Origin: Verrucomicrobiota bacterium
GTDB taxonomy: Bacteria > Verrucomicrobiota > Verrucomicrobiia > Limisphaerales > AAA164-E04
Assembly (NCBI GenBank): GCA_047947115.1
Contig: CP170459.1
Coordinates: forward strand, 1,536,001 to 1,600,000
Direction: 5' to 3'
DNA: 64,000 bases
Position 1 is the stretch's first letter. Each line of letters starts with the position of its first letter. The notes beneath the pieces were generated by a model. It saw nothing but the letters and a program-made list of their open reading frames with translations, had not been told where the DNA came from and ran no database searches. A program made the position numbers and the translations under genes. Of this stretch, positions 1 through 9,108 are shown one piece after another.

Positions 1-64
1 GGAAAAACCTCCGCGAGGGGTGATTTGGAGTTGAAAAATAAGTTTTAACCAATTTTTTAGAGTC

Positions 65-700
65 ATGGTGTTTGTTTCAAAATTAAAGCAGTTGGCAACC
101 GGCCTCAGAAGTGGGTTTTGGGTGCTCGGGTTGGTCGGGTTGTTAAGTGGTATGACAGGTTGCGAAACAGGTCGTCCCTACGTAGCTCCAAATGGTGGCA
201 ATGTGGATGGCCCCGCTCCAGGATTGGAGCTGTCTGTCGGTGAGAAGGTTTCGATTCGTTTCGCTGGTCTGCCAACACCTCCGCCACCTCATGAGGAGCG
301 AATTCGTGAAGATGGTACCATACATCCTCCTTACCTCAATACCCCCATCCGGGCCGAAGGTTTAACTCCACCTCAGTTGCAGGAGAAGTTGTTGGAAGCC
401 TACGTGCCCAACATTTTCACCACCATTTCAATCACGGTCATCACTGAAGACCGACTCTTTACGATCAATGGGGAAGTGGTTCGTTCTGGTCGTTACCCTT
501 ATGTAGGGGAAACAACCGCTGTTGAGGCCATTTCTCAGGCGGGTGGCTTGACTGTGTTCGCGCGCAAGCAAAAAATCTCCATCATTCGAGGAAATGGTAC
601 ACAGATTGAATTCAACTATGAAAAGGCTCGGAAAGATTCGAGATATGATCCGATCGTCATCCCGGGTGATATCATAGATGTTCCTCGTCGTCTTTTCTAA
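65..700 (+). CDS. Polysaccharide biosynthesis/export lipoprotein (Wza-like Poly_export + SLBB domains)
   Basis: Lipobox-like GMTGC; 'IREDGTIHPPYL..IRAEGLTPPQLQ' Poly_export pattern; SLBB 'INGEVVRSGRY...AISQAGGLT'; ends 'PGDIIDVPRRLF'. Confidence 0.88.
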   Translation: MVFVSKLKQLATGLRSGFWVLGLVGLLSGMTGCETGRPYVAPNGGNVDGPAPGLELSVGEKVSIRFAGLPTPPPPHEERIREDGTIHPPYLNTPIRAEGLTPPQLQEKLLEAYVPNIFTTISITVITEDRLFTINGEVVRSGRYPYVGETTAVEAISQAGGLTVFARKQKISIIRGNGTQIEFNYEKARKDSRYDPIVIPGDIIDVPRRLF

Positions 701-705
701 GCTAC

Positions 706-1107
706 ATGTTTCAAATTGTCAGGATTGATTCAGAAAAAACAGAATCTGATGCAACGGTCATTTTAAACAAATGGCCGTTTGCTGTTGGCCGCAATCCTGG
801 GGCTGATTGGGTGGTGGAAAGTCCCGGCGTGTGGGACTCCCATGGCTCCTTCGAGCTGGATGATTCAGGGCGACCTGTATTCAAGTGTCGTCCGGACGCC
901 TCCTGCTGGTTGAATGACCAGGTGACGGGTCAAACATCTGGTCTCAAACCGGGCGATGTACTGAAACTGGGATCCATTGCCGTGAGATTTGATCTGCTCC
1001 CCGTAAAACAAAAAAACGCATTCCTGCGAGAAATCCTCCTGTGCAGTTTGATCTTGTTGTTCGTTGCCAGCCAGTTTTACTTTATTTATCAAATCCTTTC
1101 CGAATAG
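706..1107 (+). CDS. FHA-domain protein with C-terminal transmembrane helix
   Basis: 'FAVGR...GVWDSH...CWLND...LKPGDVLKLG' FHA pattern; hydrophobic C-terminus. Confidence 0.75.
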   Translation: MFQIVRIDSEKTESDATVILNKWPFAVGRNPGADWVVESPGVWDSHGSFELDDSGRPVFKCRPDASCWLNDQVTGQTSGLKPGDVLKLGSIAVRFDLLPVKQKNAFLREILLCSLILLFVASQFYFIYQILSE

Positions 1108-1123
1108 CAAACCTTGTGCGGCT

Positions 1124-1678
1124 TCACTGATTCAGAGGCATTGGGTTTCCACTGGTTTGAGCAGATCCCTCATCGATGCTTACTGGCTGAAGCATGATCA
1201 TTTCGAATTCATGCAAAAGGTCTTTCGCCTCCTGAAGGTGGTGGCGTTTTGCTTTCCGTGTTTCCTCGAGACTGCTCAAGCGATGGGTGATGATGCTGAC
1301 CTGGACGCTTACTACCGTCTCCAATGAATCCTTTTCTTCGGAAATGGTTGGCTCAATCCTGAACCAGGCATTGGGTTCAAGAAAGGATCCATACTTGAAA
1401 TGGTCCCAATTGGAACTCCTTTTGTCGAATCGGAGGGATCCATCCCTGCCGCGTGATACCAAAAATGACTTGGATTCCATAAATTGGGGCAGAAGTCGCT
1501 CCACCGACTTTTTGGGCCATCCGGTGAAATAAACAGTGAATGGATTGGTCACCGGAATTTGTTTGGGAGAGGTTTTACAGGCGCTCATGATGAAGCAGGT
1601 GAAGACTGCTGTTGCGAGCGATAACCAGTGATTGGAATTGAAGATGTTCCTCATAAGCAAGACTTGGCCTGTGTTCAT
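1124..1678 (-). CDS. Hypothetical lipoprotein
   Basis: Hydrophobic stretch ending IMSAC. Start chosen at ATG 1678 (1654 also possible); the ORF extension to 1804 lies in AT-rich intergenic DNA. Confidence 0.6.
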   Translation of the reverse strand: MNTGQVLLMRNIFNSNHWLSLATAVFTCFIMSACKTSPKQIPVTNPFTVYFTGWPKKSVERLLPQFMESKSFLVSRGRDGSLRFDKRSSNWDHFKYGSFLEPNAWFRIEPTISEEKDSLETVVSVQVSIITHRLSSLEETRKAKRHHLQEAKDLLHEFEMIMLQPVSIDEGSAQTSGNPMPLNQ

Positions 1679-1792
1679 TGTATTGGTGTTATTCAAAATT
1701 GCATCAAAAAAGTACTGAGAGGTCGCATTTTGATAACTAAATAACATATAAAAATAAATTAATACTTGAATATAAACTACTTTCTTATAATG

Positions 1793-1836
1793 TATCAGGA
1801 ACAATACCTGCCTGATGGCAGGTATTGTTCCTGATA
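1793..1836. repeat. Perfect 20-bp inverted repeat with 4-nt loop
   Basis: tatcaggaacaatacctgcc (1793-1812) / tgat / ggcaggtattgttcctgata (1817-1836). Confidence 0.95.
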
Positions 1837-1919
1837 ATCAAGTGATGAAAGGGTCGCGACTTTGGGAAAGCGCGAATGGATCGCCTTTTGGTTATAAACA
1901 TCAAAAGAAAGGCGAACAT

Positions 1920-2558
1920 ATGTATCAAACTCTGGGAATAGCTGGCTGTATTTTACTGCTGGTTTCAAATCTTAATGCACAAATCGTTTCCTACAGTTTC
2001 ACGGGAGCGGTTGGCAATGAATCAAGTTTCTCGCCAGACAATCAACCGGCAGGAGCTTTTGCGAGTTCATTCACTCGCGGCAGCGGTGTAAATGGTTCCT
2101 CTGCTGCGGATGCTTTCAGTTCAAGTGCATGGAGTAGGGGAGAATTGGCTCTGGATGATTACTTCTCCTTTTCCTTAACTCCGGCTTCAGGGTATCAAGT
2201 TTCCTTGACTGAACTTCAATTGGATGAACGTCGGTCGGGGACGGGGATTCGCGATTGGGTGGCAAGATCGAGTCTGGACGATTTTGCATCAAATATTGGA
2301 ACCGTGGTCTCGGTGCCCGATAGTTTGGCAACACGCACAGATCAAAGCATTTCGCTTGCCAGTGGTACGTTTGACCGGATTGGCGGGCCGGTTGAATTTC
2401 GCATTTACGGATTTAATGCCGAAAGTGCATCGGGTACTTGGCGCGTGGATAATGTGGAATTATTCGGAACATTGACTCCTGTTCCGGAGGTAAAGAGTAT
2501 TTGCTGGGTGGCGGGGGGATTGCTGGGTTTTTCGATCTGGCGCCGCCGTCAATGTTGA
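1920..2558 (+). CDS. PEP-CTERM-like secreted protein
   Basis: Signal peptide from ATG 1920 (MYQTLGIAGCILLLVSNLNA); Ser/Gly-rich body; C-terminus VPEV-KSICWVAGGLLGFSIW-RRRQC (motif, TM helix, Arg cluster). Confidence 0.8.
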   Translation: MYQTLGIAGCILLLVSNLNAQIVSYSFTGAVGNESSFSPDNQPAGAFASSFTRGSGVNGSSAADAFSSSAWSRGELALDDYFSFSLTPASGYQVSLTELQLDERRSGTGIRDWVARSSLDDFASNIGTVVSVPDSLATRTDQSISLASGTFDRIGGPVEFRIYGFNAESASGTWRVDNVELFGTLTPVPEVKSICWVAGGLLGFSIWRRRQC

Positions 2559-2631
2559 GCACGTCTGCATGAGTTTTGCGTGAAGTCGGCGTAAATTCTT
2601 ATGATCATCCCTCTATTTTGTTGAACCTTCA

Positions 2632-2661
2632 TTGACTTGAACGCCCTTTGTGGCCCAATAT
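2632..2661 (+). promoter_or_regulatory. Possible sigma70-type promoter of recA
   Basis: TTGACT (2632-2637), 18 nt spacer, CAATAT (2656-2661); weak -10. Confidence 0.3.
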
Positions 2662-2685
2662 CCTGATCCAACAAGAACTTGAAAC

Positions 2686-3804
2686 ATGGCAAGCAAATCA
2701 ACATCCAGATCGAAATCGAGCGCTGCTTCTGCGGCAGGTGCTCCCACAACCGATAAACAGCGCAACCTGGATACGGCGATACAATCCATTACCAAGACAT
2801 TTGGCGAGGGAAGTATCATGCGTTTGGGGAATGCCCCTTCCCATAAAAAGATTGATGTCATTTCCACTGGGGCTCTTTCTGTGGATCTGGCTCTGGGGGT
2901 CGGTGGTCTGCCACGAGGGCGTATCATTGAAATCTATGGTCCTGAATCATCAGGGAAAACCACAGTGATGCTTCATGTTATCGCCAATGCCCAAAAGGCG
3001 GGTGGTACCGCGGCGTTCATTGATGCAGAGCACGCATTGGATCCGGGTTATGCGCGTCGGTTGGGGGTGAATCTCGATGACCTTCTGGTTTCTCAACCGG
3101 ATAGTGGGGAAGAGGCGTTGACCATTTGTGAAACATTGGCCCGGTCAGGTGCTCTGGATGTGATTGTGGTGGATTCCGTGGCTGCGTTGGTTCCCAAAGC
3201 GGAATTGGAGGGGGATATGGGAATGGCCACTATGGGGATGCAGGCTCGTCTGATGAGTCAGGCTCTCCGCAAGCTGACTTCGATCTTGAACAAAGCCAAA
3301 ACAACTTGTCTTTTCACCAACCAGCTTCGTGAAAAGGTAGGGGTCATGTTTGGGAGTCCGGAGACCACCCCGGGTGGCAAAGCGCTCAAGTTTTACGCCA
3401 GTGTTCGCATCGATATCCGGAGAAAGGAAACTTTGAAGGATGCTTCAGGCAATGCCGTGGGCAATCATGTCAAGGTGAAGATCGTCAAGAACAAGGTGGC
3501 TCCTCCATTTGCGGAAGCTGAGTTTGATATTCTCTACAATCAGGGCATCAATCGGGAGAGTAGTATTCTGGATGTGGCATTATCCTACGGTGTGGTTCAA
3601 AAGCGTGGAGCATGGATTCAATACAATGGAGAATTGATCGGGCAGGGGAAGGAATCGGCCCGTACAGCTTTGGCTGAAAAACCTGAACTCACCGAACAGA
3701 TTGTGAGCGATATCATGGCCAAACGGAATCCTGAGGAAGCACCCGCTGAGGATGAGGAAGGCAAAGATCATGAGGAGGAGAAAGTGGATAAAGAAAAATC
3801 ATGA
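2686..3804 (+). CDS. recA: Recombinase RecA
   Basis: [21 protein letters not shown]alker [31 protein letters not shown]. Confidence 0.99.
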   Translation: MASKSTSRSKSSAASAAGAPTTDKQRNLDTAIQSITKTFGEGSIMRLGNAPSHKKIDVISTGALSVDLALGVGGLPRGRIIEIYGPESSGKTTVMLHVIANAQKAGGTAAFIDAEHALDPGYARRLGVNLDDLLVSQPDSGEEALTICETLARSGALDVIVVDSVAALVPKAELEGDMGMATMGMQARLMSQALRKLTSILNKAKTTCLFTNQLREKVGVMFGSPETTPGGKALKFYASVRIDIRRKETLKDASGNAVGNHVKVKIVKNKVAPPFAEAEFDILYNQGINRESSILDVALSYGVVQKRGAWIQYNGELIGQGKESARTALAEKPELTEQIVSDIMAKRNPEEAPAEDEEGKDHEEEKVDKEKS

Positions 3805-3873
3805 TGATCCGATGTGGGGTGTTTTTTGGTTTCGTATAGAACCCAAACTCAAACAAAGTTGTTTTCAAATCAC

Positions 3874-5178
3874 ATGCGCACGTTCAATCGTCTGTTGTTG
3901 TTAGGTTTTTCTTTGGTTTGCCTGTCTGGCCAGGCACAGCCGCTGGTTCTGTTACCGGATGCACCCTATTTCGAGCCCTACAAGGCTCATCTCGCGCCCC
4001 AGCCCGGGCCATTGTTGTTGAACGAAGGGGATCGTCTGGCGATTTGTGGTGATTCCATTACCGAGCAAAAGATGTATTCCCGCATCATGGAAACGTATCT
4101 GACGGTGTGCGTGCCTCAACTGCGTGTGACGGTGCGTCAGTTTGGTTGGAGCGGTGAACGCGCTCCGGGTTTCCTGTCACGCATGACCAACGACGTGATT
4201 CGTTTTCGTCCTACTATCGCCACCACCTGTTACGGGATGAATGATCATCGTTATCGTCCTTTTACGGAGGAAATAGGCAGGGAATACGAAGAAAGCTCAC
4301 GTGCCATCATACAGGCTTTCAAAGCTCACGGGGTGCAGGTGGTACAGGGATCTGCCGGGACGGTTGGCAAGATGCCATCCTGGGTGCGTTCGGCTGACGG
4401 CACGGTGGAGGATTTAAACCTTGGGTTGCTTGCTCTCCGTAATATAGACATACGATTGGCACGCGAGGAACATGTTGCCTTTGCGGATATTTATCTGCCC
4501 ATGCTGGTGCAGGGGCATGCGGCTCAGCAGCAATACGGAACAGATTACATGATCACCGGCAAAGATGGTGTGCACCCGGGCTGGGCCGGGCAAGTGGTCA
4601 TGGCTTACGCGTTTTTGAAAGCGTTTGGATTGGATGGGGATCTGGGAGGCGTTATCATGGATCTTGACAGTGGAGCCACGAGCACGTCGGGCCTGCACGA
4701 TGTTGAGCGTGCCGGCAAAGGGGAGGTCACTCTCGTGAGTCGACAATATCCGTTCTGTGCCGAAGGAGCGCTTGGTGATGATTCCAGTATGCGATCGGGG
4801 ATGGAATGGGTGCCCTTTTTTCAGGATCTGAATCGGTTTACATTGAAATTGTCTCATGCCGATGCATCGAAATATCGCGTCGTGTGGGGTGATTTTGAGA
4901 AAGTGTTCACTGCTGAGCAGTTGTTGGCGGGTGTTAACCTTGCCGAGGCATTTGCGGTGAATCCATTTAGTAACGCTTTTCAAAAAGTTGATGGTGCTGT
5001 CGCTGCCAAGCAGGCTTATGAAACCAGGCAGATCAAACAGATCTTCCATGGTCCCGAAGGAAAACAGGAACCCGAATTGGCGGCGGTCTTGACTGAGAAG
5101 GTGCGTGCCCCGCTTGCTGAAGAGATTAGAAAATCGTTCCAACCGGTAACACATACCATTCGGGTTGTTTCTGAATAA
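3874..5178 (+). CDS. Secreted SGNH/GDSL hydrolase family protein
   Basis: Signal peptide; block I GDSIT, block III YGMND, block V DGVHP. Confidence 0.88.
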   Translation: MRTFNRLLLLGFSLVCLSGQAQPLVLLPDAPYFEPYKAHLAPQPGPLLLNEGDRLAICGDSITEQKMYSRIMETYLTVCVPQLRVTVRQFGWSGERAPGFLSRMTNDVIRFRPTIATTCYGMNDHRYRPFTEEIGREYEESSRAIIQAFKAHGVQVVQGSAGTVGKMPSWVRSADGTVEDLNLGLLALRNIDIRLAREEHVAFADIYLPMLVQGHAAQQQYGTDYMITGKDGVHPGWAGQVVMAYAFLKAFGLDGDLGGVIMDLDSGATSTSGLHDVERAGKGEVTLVSRQYPFCAEGALGDDSSMRSGMEWVPFFQDLNRFTLKLSHADASKYRVVWGDFEKVFTAEQLLAGVNLAEAFAVNPFSNAFQKVDGAVAAKQAYETRQIKQIFHGPEGKQEPELAAVLTEKVRAPLAEEIRKSFQPVTHTIRVVSE

Positions 5179-5239
5179 GGTGCAAACTTTTCAGGAGTGT
5201 GCTGCGCAACCGTTTATTGGTTTACTCAGATTGCTTTAT

Positions 5240-5605
5240 ATGGAAATTTTCAATCTCGATCAGGTAGAACCTTTCACGACCAAAGACGGCTCTCAGATTC
5301 GTGAGCTGTTGGCTTATCGGAACTCGAGTATCCGGAATCAAAGTCTGGCCGAGGCGACCGTTCCGGTCGGTGGCAGCACGGATGAGCATTACCACGCCGA
5401 CACAGAGGAAATTTATTTCATATTGGAAGGCCGGGGTAAAATGCGGATTGAAGGGGAATCACAAGAAGTGCGGGTCGGGGACGCCATCGCCATTTTGCCC
5501 GGACAAAAACACAAGCTTTGGAATACCGGTGACGTACCTCTAAGATTGCTCTGCTCTTGTGCGCCTTGTTACGAACACCGGGATACCATTATCACCGAAT
5601 CCTGA
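5240..5605 (+). CDS. Cupin domain protein
   Basis: 'EHYHADTEEIYFILEGRG...GDAIAILPGQKHKLWNTG' cupin motifs 1 and 2; start at ATG 5240. Confidence 0.9.
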   Translation: MEIFNLDQVEPFTTKDGSQIRELLAYRNSSIRNQSLAEATVPVGGSTDEHYHADTEEIYFILEGRGKMRIEGESQEVRVGDAIAILPGQKHKLWNTGDVPLRLLCSCAPCYEHRDTIITES

Positions 5606-5627
5606 GTTATATCATCTCTTATTGAAA

Positions 5628-5894
5628 ATGTCCGAATCCTCTCTTCATATACGTTTGTTCATCAAATCATACTGTGGCTGGTGTCACGAAGCCATTGATT
5701 GGCTTAAATCACGCCATATCCCGTTTGAAACCCTGGAGGTCATTTCCGACCCATGCGCCATGAAAGAGTTGCGGGAGTTGACCGGTCGTACCATGACGCC
5801 ATCCATCGATGTGAATGGTGAAGTGTTGGCGGATTTTGATGTGGACGAACTGGAGCAATGGTGGCGGGCCAAAGGATTTGACAAGCTTTCTTAA
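5628..5894 (+). CDS. Glutaredoxin/NrdH-like redoxin
   Basis: CGWC active site; 'TGRTMTPSIDVNGEVLADFD' cis-Pro motif. Confidence 0.88.
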   Translation: MSESSLHIRLFIKSYCGWCHEAIDWLKSRHIPFETLEVISDPCAMKELRELTGRTMTPSIDVNGEVLADFDVDELEQWWRAKGFDKLS

Positions 5895-5914
5895 GCCGCT
5901 CAGGGTTGCATCAA

Positions 5915-6829
5915 ATGGAGACTGTCACGACGCAACAAGCACGGCCACGCCTTCCGATCTGGTTGAGGCGGGCTTTGCCGACTGAGCATACCTTCGCACA
6001 GACCAGGGGGTTGCTGGATGAGCTGAACCTGCACACCGTTTGCGAAAGCGCGAAATGCCCCAATCATTGGGAATGCTGGAGCAAAGGAACTGCCTCCTTC
6101 ATGATCGCCGGAGATCGTTGCACCCGTGCATGTGGTTTCTGTGCCATTTCGACATTGAAGCCACTGCCTTTGGACAAGGAAGAGCCGGAGCGTGTGGCCG
6201 AAGCCGCTGCGAGAATGAAGCTCAAGCATGTGGTGATCACCGCCGTTGCCCGGGATGATATGCCGGACGGGGGCGCCGAACATTTTCGGCAAACCATCGA
6301 AGCGGTCCGCTCGAGGTGTCCGGACATGGTGATCGAAGTGTTGACGCCTGACTTTTTGCTGAAAGAAGAAGCGGTGGATGCGGTGCTTTCAGCCCGACCC
6401 CATATCTTTAATCACAACATGGAGACGGTTCGTCGTCTCACTCCCGAAGTGCGGTCGCGCGCCACGTACGACCGTTCGCTGGCTTTGTTGGGAATGGTTC
6501 GGGAACGGGCCGATTATCGTGTGTATACCAAGTCGGGACTGATGCTCGGCCTGGGGGAAACTGAAGAAGAACTGACTCAAACGATGGATGATTTGCGGCA
6601 GGTGGATTGTGATATTCTCACGCTTGGACAGTACTTGCAGCCCAGCCTGAAGCATTTGCCGGTCAAAGAATACGTCCCCCCTGAAACATTTGATCAACTG
6701 GGTGAACGTGCCCGGGAGAAGGGATTTGTTCATGTGGCGAGCGGTCCCATGGTTCGCAGTTCTTATCATGCCGATGCCTTTAACGCGCATCGCGGATCTG
6801 TGGCAGAATCATCAAACCTCGAATCGTGA
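5915..6829 (+). CDS. lipA: Lipoyl synthase
   Basis: CESAKCPNHWEC (CX4CX5C), CTRACGFC radical SAM motif, C-terminal VRSSY. Confidence 0.98.
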   Translation: METVTTQQARPRLPIWLRRALPTEHTFAQTRGLLDELNLHTVCESAKCPNHWECWSKGTASFMIAGDRCTRACGFCAISTLKPLPLDKEEPERVAEAAARMKLKHVVITAVARDDMPDGGAEHFRQTIEAVRSRCPDMVIEVLTPDFLLKEEAVDAVLSARPHIFNHNMETVRRLTPEVRSRATYDRSLALLGMVRERADYRVYTKSGLMLGLGETEEELTQTMDDLRQVDCDILTLGQYLQPSLKHLPVKEYVPPETFDQLGERAREKGFVHVASGPMVRSSYHADAFNAHRGSVAESSNLES

Positions 6830-7403
6830 AATAGGCCAGCAGGACCATGAGAAATCCGGCCAGTGACCATGCGATGATGCGTACGATTCGTGTTCGTCGT
6901 TCGCTTTGGGCTTCCTCTTCAAAACGGGATGCTTGAAGCTCGATCATTTTCTTTTCGATAATTTTTTCCGCCTTGAAATCCCTTAAAGGAAACACTTTGA
7001 GAGAACGATCCGGCGTTCCTAGTTCTGATGGAAACTTTGGTTTTTCATCTGAGGTGGGCATGCGAAATCCGATGGAATTCCAATAGTCGGCTTTTTCCTT
7101 TGTCCAGACCCGATGCACCCCCTGATTACCAAACATGATTTTCAGGCGATGCCACAAAGCGTCTCGCATGGCAGATTCGGTGGTTGGATGCGTGAAAGCT
7201 TCGTGGTGTATCCAAGCTTCCTCGCCGCTGATTCGAATGCCCAGCGCACCCAGCAAACGCCCGTCATCTCCTTCCACCAACTGGAATTCGGTCAGATGTT
7301 TCTCAAGTTCTAGTGGTGCATACAGAGCTGTTTGCCAGAGGCCGCGCAATACATCCAGATCCTCCAGCGTGGCTCGGCGAAAATGGAAATTGAATTCCGT
7401 CAT
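6780..7403 (-). CDS. GNAT-fold (ArgA-like) protein with C-terminal TM helix
   Basis: 'FRRATLEDL...FQLVE..GRLLGALG...YWNSIGF' GNAT pattern; hydrophobic C-terminal helix; 3' end overlaps lipA. Confidence 0.6.
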   Translation of the reverse strand: MTEFNFHFRRATLEDLDVLRGLWQTALYAPLELEKHLTEFQLVEGDDGRLLGALGIRISGEEAWIHHEAFTHPTTESAMRDALWHRLKIMFGNQGVHRVWTKEKADYWNSIGFRMPTSDEKPKFPSELGTPDRSLKVFPLRDFKAEKIIEKKMIELQASRFEEEAQSERRTRIVRIIAWSLAGFLMVLLAYFTIRGLMILPQIRDAR

Positions 7404-7464
7404 GGCAGGCTTTCTGAATCTGGTTTTCCAGGCATTTCGCGTCTGGCGTTAGTGAGTTGGACTT

Positions 7465-8220
7465 CTATTGGATGGTTACGCCGACCGGACAGTGGTCGGA
7501 TCCCGTCACCTCGGGCAGGATGAAGGCCGATTGCAGTCGTGCCCTCAGGTCGGGGGAAATGCAGCAATAATCGATGCGCCACCCGACGTTCCGTGCTCGG
7601 GCGCCGGCACGGTAACTCCACCATGAATAATGCCCTCCCCCGGATTCGAATTCGCGAAAGGTGTCGATGAATCCGGCGTCCACCAGTTGGGAAAAGGACG
7701 TGCGTTCCTCCGGACTGAAGCCCGGATTCTTGACGTTTTCTTTTGGGCGAGCCAAGTCGATTTCCTTGTGGGCCACATTCAAGTCACCGCAAAACATGAC
7801 CGGCTTAATTTTTTGCAATTTAACAACATGTTGCCGAAAGGCGGCATCCCATGCGAGCCGGTAATCCAGTCTGGCCAACGCATGTTGGGCGTTGGGAGTG
7901 TAAACGTTGACGAGGATGAAGGATTCGAATTCCACATTCTGCACGCGCCCCTCCTGGTCATGCTCGGGAATGTCCAAACCATCCCAAACCTTCACGGGTT
8001 TCTGTCGTGTGAGGATTCCTGTGCCTGAGTAGCCTTTTTTGACGGCGGCATTCCAGTAGCATTGATAAGCGGAAGGCCACTCAATGTGGGTGAGCTGATC
8101 CGGCTGGGCCTTTGTTTCCTGCAGGCAAATGACGTCGGCATCCGCTGAATGGATGAAATCAAGCAGGCCTTTGCCGATGACGGCCCTTACCCCGTTTACA
8201 TTCCAGGAGATGATTTTCAT
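7465..8220 (-). CDS. xth: Exodeoxyribonuclease III (AP endonuclease)
   Basis: SWNVNG, CLQETK, CGDLNVAH, GWRIDY, SDHCPV. Confidence 0.97.
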   Translation of the reverse strand: MKIISWNVNGVRAVIGKGLLDFIHSADADVICLQETKAQPDQLTHIEWPSAYQCYWNAAVKKGYSGTGILTRQKPVKVWDGLDIPEHDQEGRVQNVEFESFILVNVYTPNAQHALARLDYRLAWDAAFRQHVVKLQKIKPVMFCGDLNVAHKEIDLARPKENVKNPGFSPEERTSFSQLVDAGFIDTFREFESGGGHYSWWSYRAGARARNVGWRIDYCCISPDLRARLQSAFILPEVTGSDHCPVGVTIQ

Positions 8221-9056
8221 GAATCTTGATCCTCTCCCTGGCTTTCGGGTGTGGCCGGCAATCCAAAGAATGCTTCCGCTGTTTCCGTCGTTTCCCTGGC
8301 CACTTGTTCAAAGGGTTTATCGGCGCAACGGGCGATTTCCCTTGCGATGTGTGGCAGGTGCATGGGTTCGTTGCGTTGTGTTTTGGGTTTGGGATCGAGA
8401 TCCCGTGGCATCAGATAGGGCGCGTCGGTTTCGATCATGAGTCTGTTCGAAGGGATGCTTGGAATGAGTTCCTTCAAGTGGTGCCCGCGGCGTTCATCGC
8501 AAATCCAACCAGTGATCCCGATGTGACAGTCCAGGTCCAGAAGTTGGAAAAGCACCTTTTTTGAATCAGTAAAACAGTGGACGACGGCTCCGCTGATCTG
8601 TTCCCGAAAATTTTTCAAGATGGAAACGAAAGCATCCCCCGCGTCTCGTTGATGCAGGAACAGGGGAAGTCGATTCTCGATCGCCATTTCCAGATGGGCG
8701 AGGAAGACTTTTTCCTGAACGGATTTCGGTGAGAAATTTCGAAAGAAATCCAATCCACATTCTCCGACTGCGACGATTTCCTCTTTTTCGTGAAGCTCTT
8801 TCAATATCGTGTAGGTGTCTCCATTCACGTCCTTCGCGTGGTGTGGGTGAATGCCTGCGGTGGCATGAAAATACTGGTTATGGTCTCTTGCCAGTTCGAA
8901 AGCCTTTTGGCTGCCTTCTTCACTGGCGCCGGTGAGAACCATGCGACGTACGCCTTGTTCGACCGCTCGGTGAATGACATCACGGCGGTCTTTGTCGAAA
9001 GAATCGTGCGTCAGATTCAGACCGATATCGATCAGAGATGGAGTTTCTTCACTCAT
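8217..9056 (-). CDS. tatD: TatD family DNase
   Basis: DIGLNLT, TAGIHPH, AVGECGLD, VVHCFT, GITGWICDERRG, ETDAPY. Confidence 0.95.
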   Translation of the reverse strand: MSEETPSLIDIGLNLTHDSFDKDRRDVIHRAVEQGVRRMVLTGASEEGSQKAFELARDHNQYFHATAGIHPHHAKDVNGDTYTILKELHEKEEIVAVGECGLDFFRNFSPKSVQEKVFLAHLEMAIENRLPLFLHQRDAGDAFVSILKNFREQISGAVVHCFTDSKKVLFQLLDLDCHIGITGWICDERRGHHLKELIPSIPSNRLMIETDAPYLMPRDLDPKPKTQRNEPMHLPHIAREIARCADKPFEQVARETTETAEAFFGLPATPESQGEDQDS

Positions 9057-9108
9057 ATGAAAAACGGCTTGCCTAACATATCAACAGCTTCTTTTTTTCG
9101 GGGGGGCC

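Noticed and set aside
1735..1800. dif/Xer site suggested by 'ttcttataatgtat'
   Set aside because: No correctly spaced XerD arm (TTATGTTAAAT).
2560..2685. LexA box upstream of recA
   Set aside because: No match to the TGTTC-N4-GAACA motif reported for Verrucomicrobia; only isolated half-sites.
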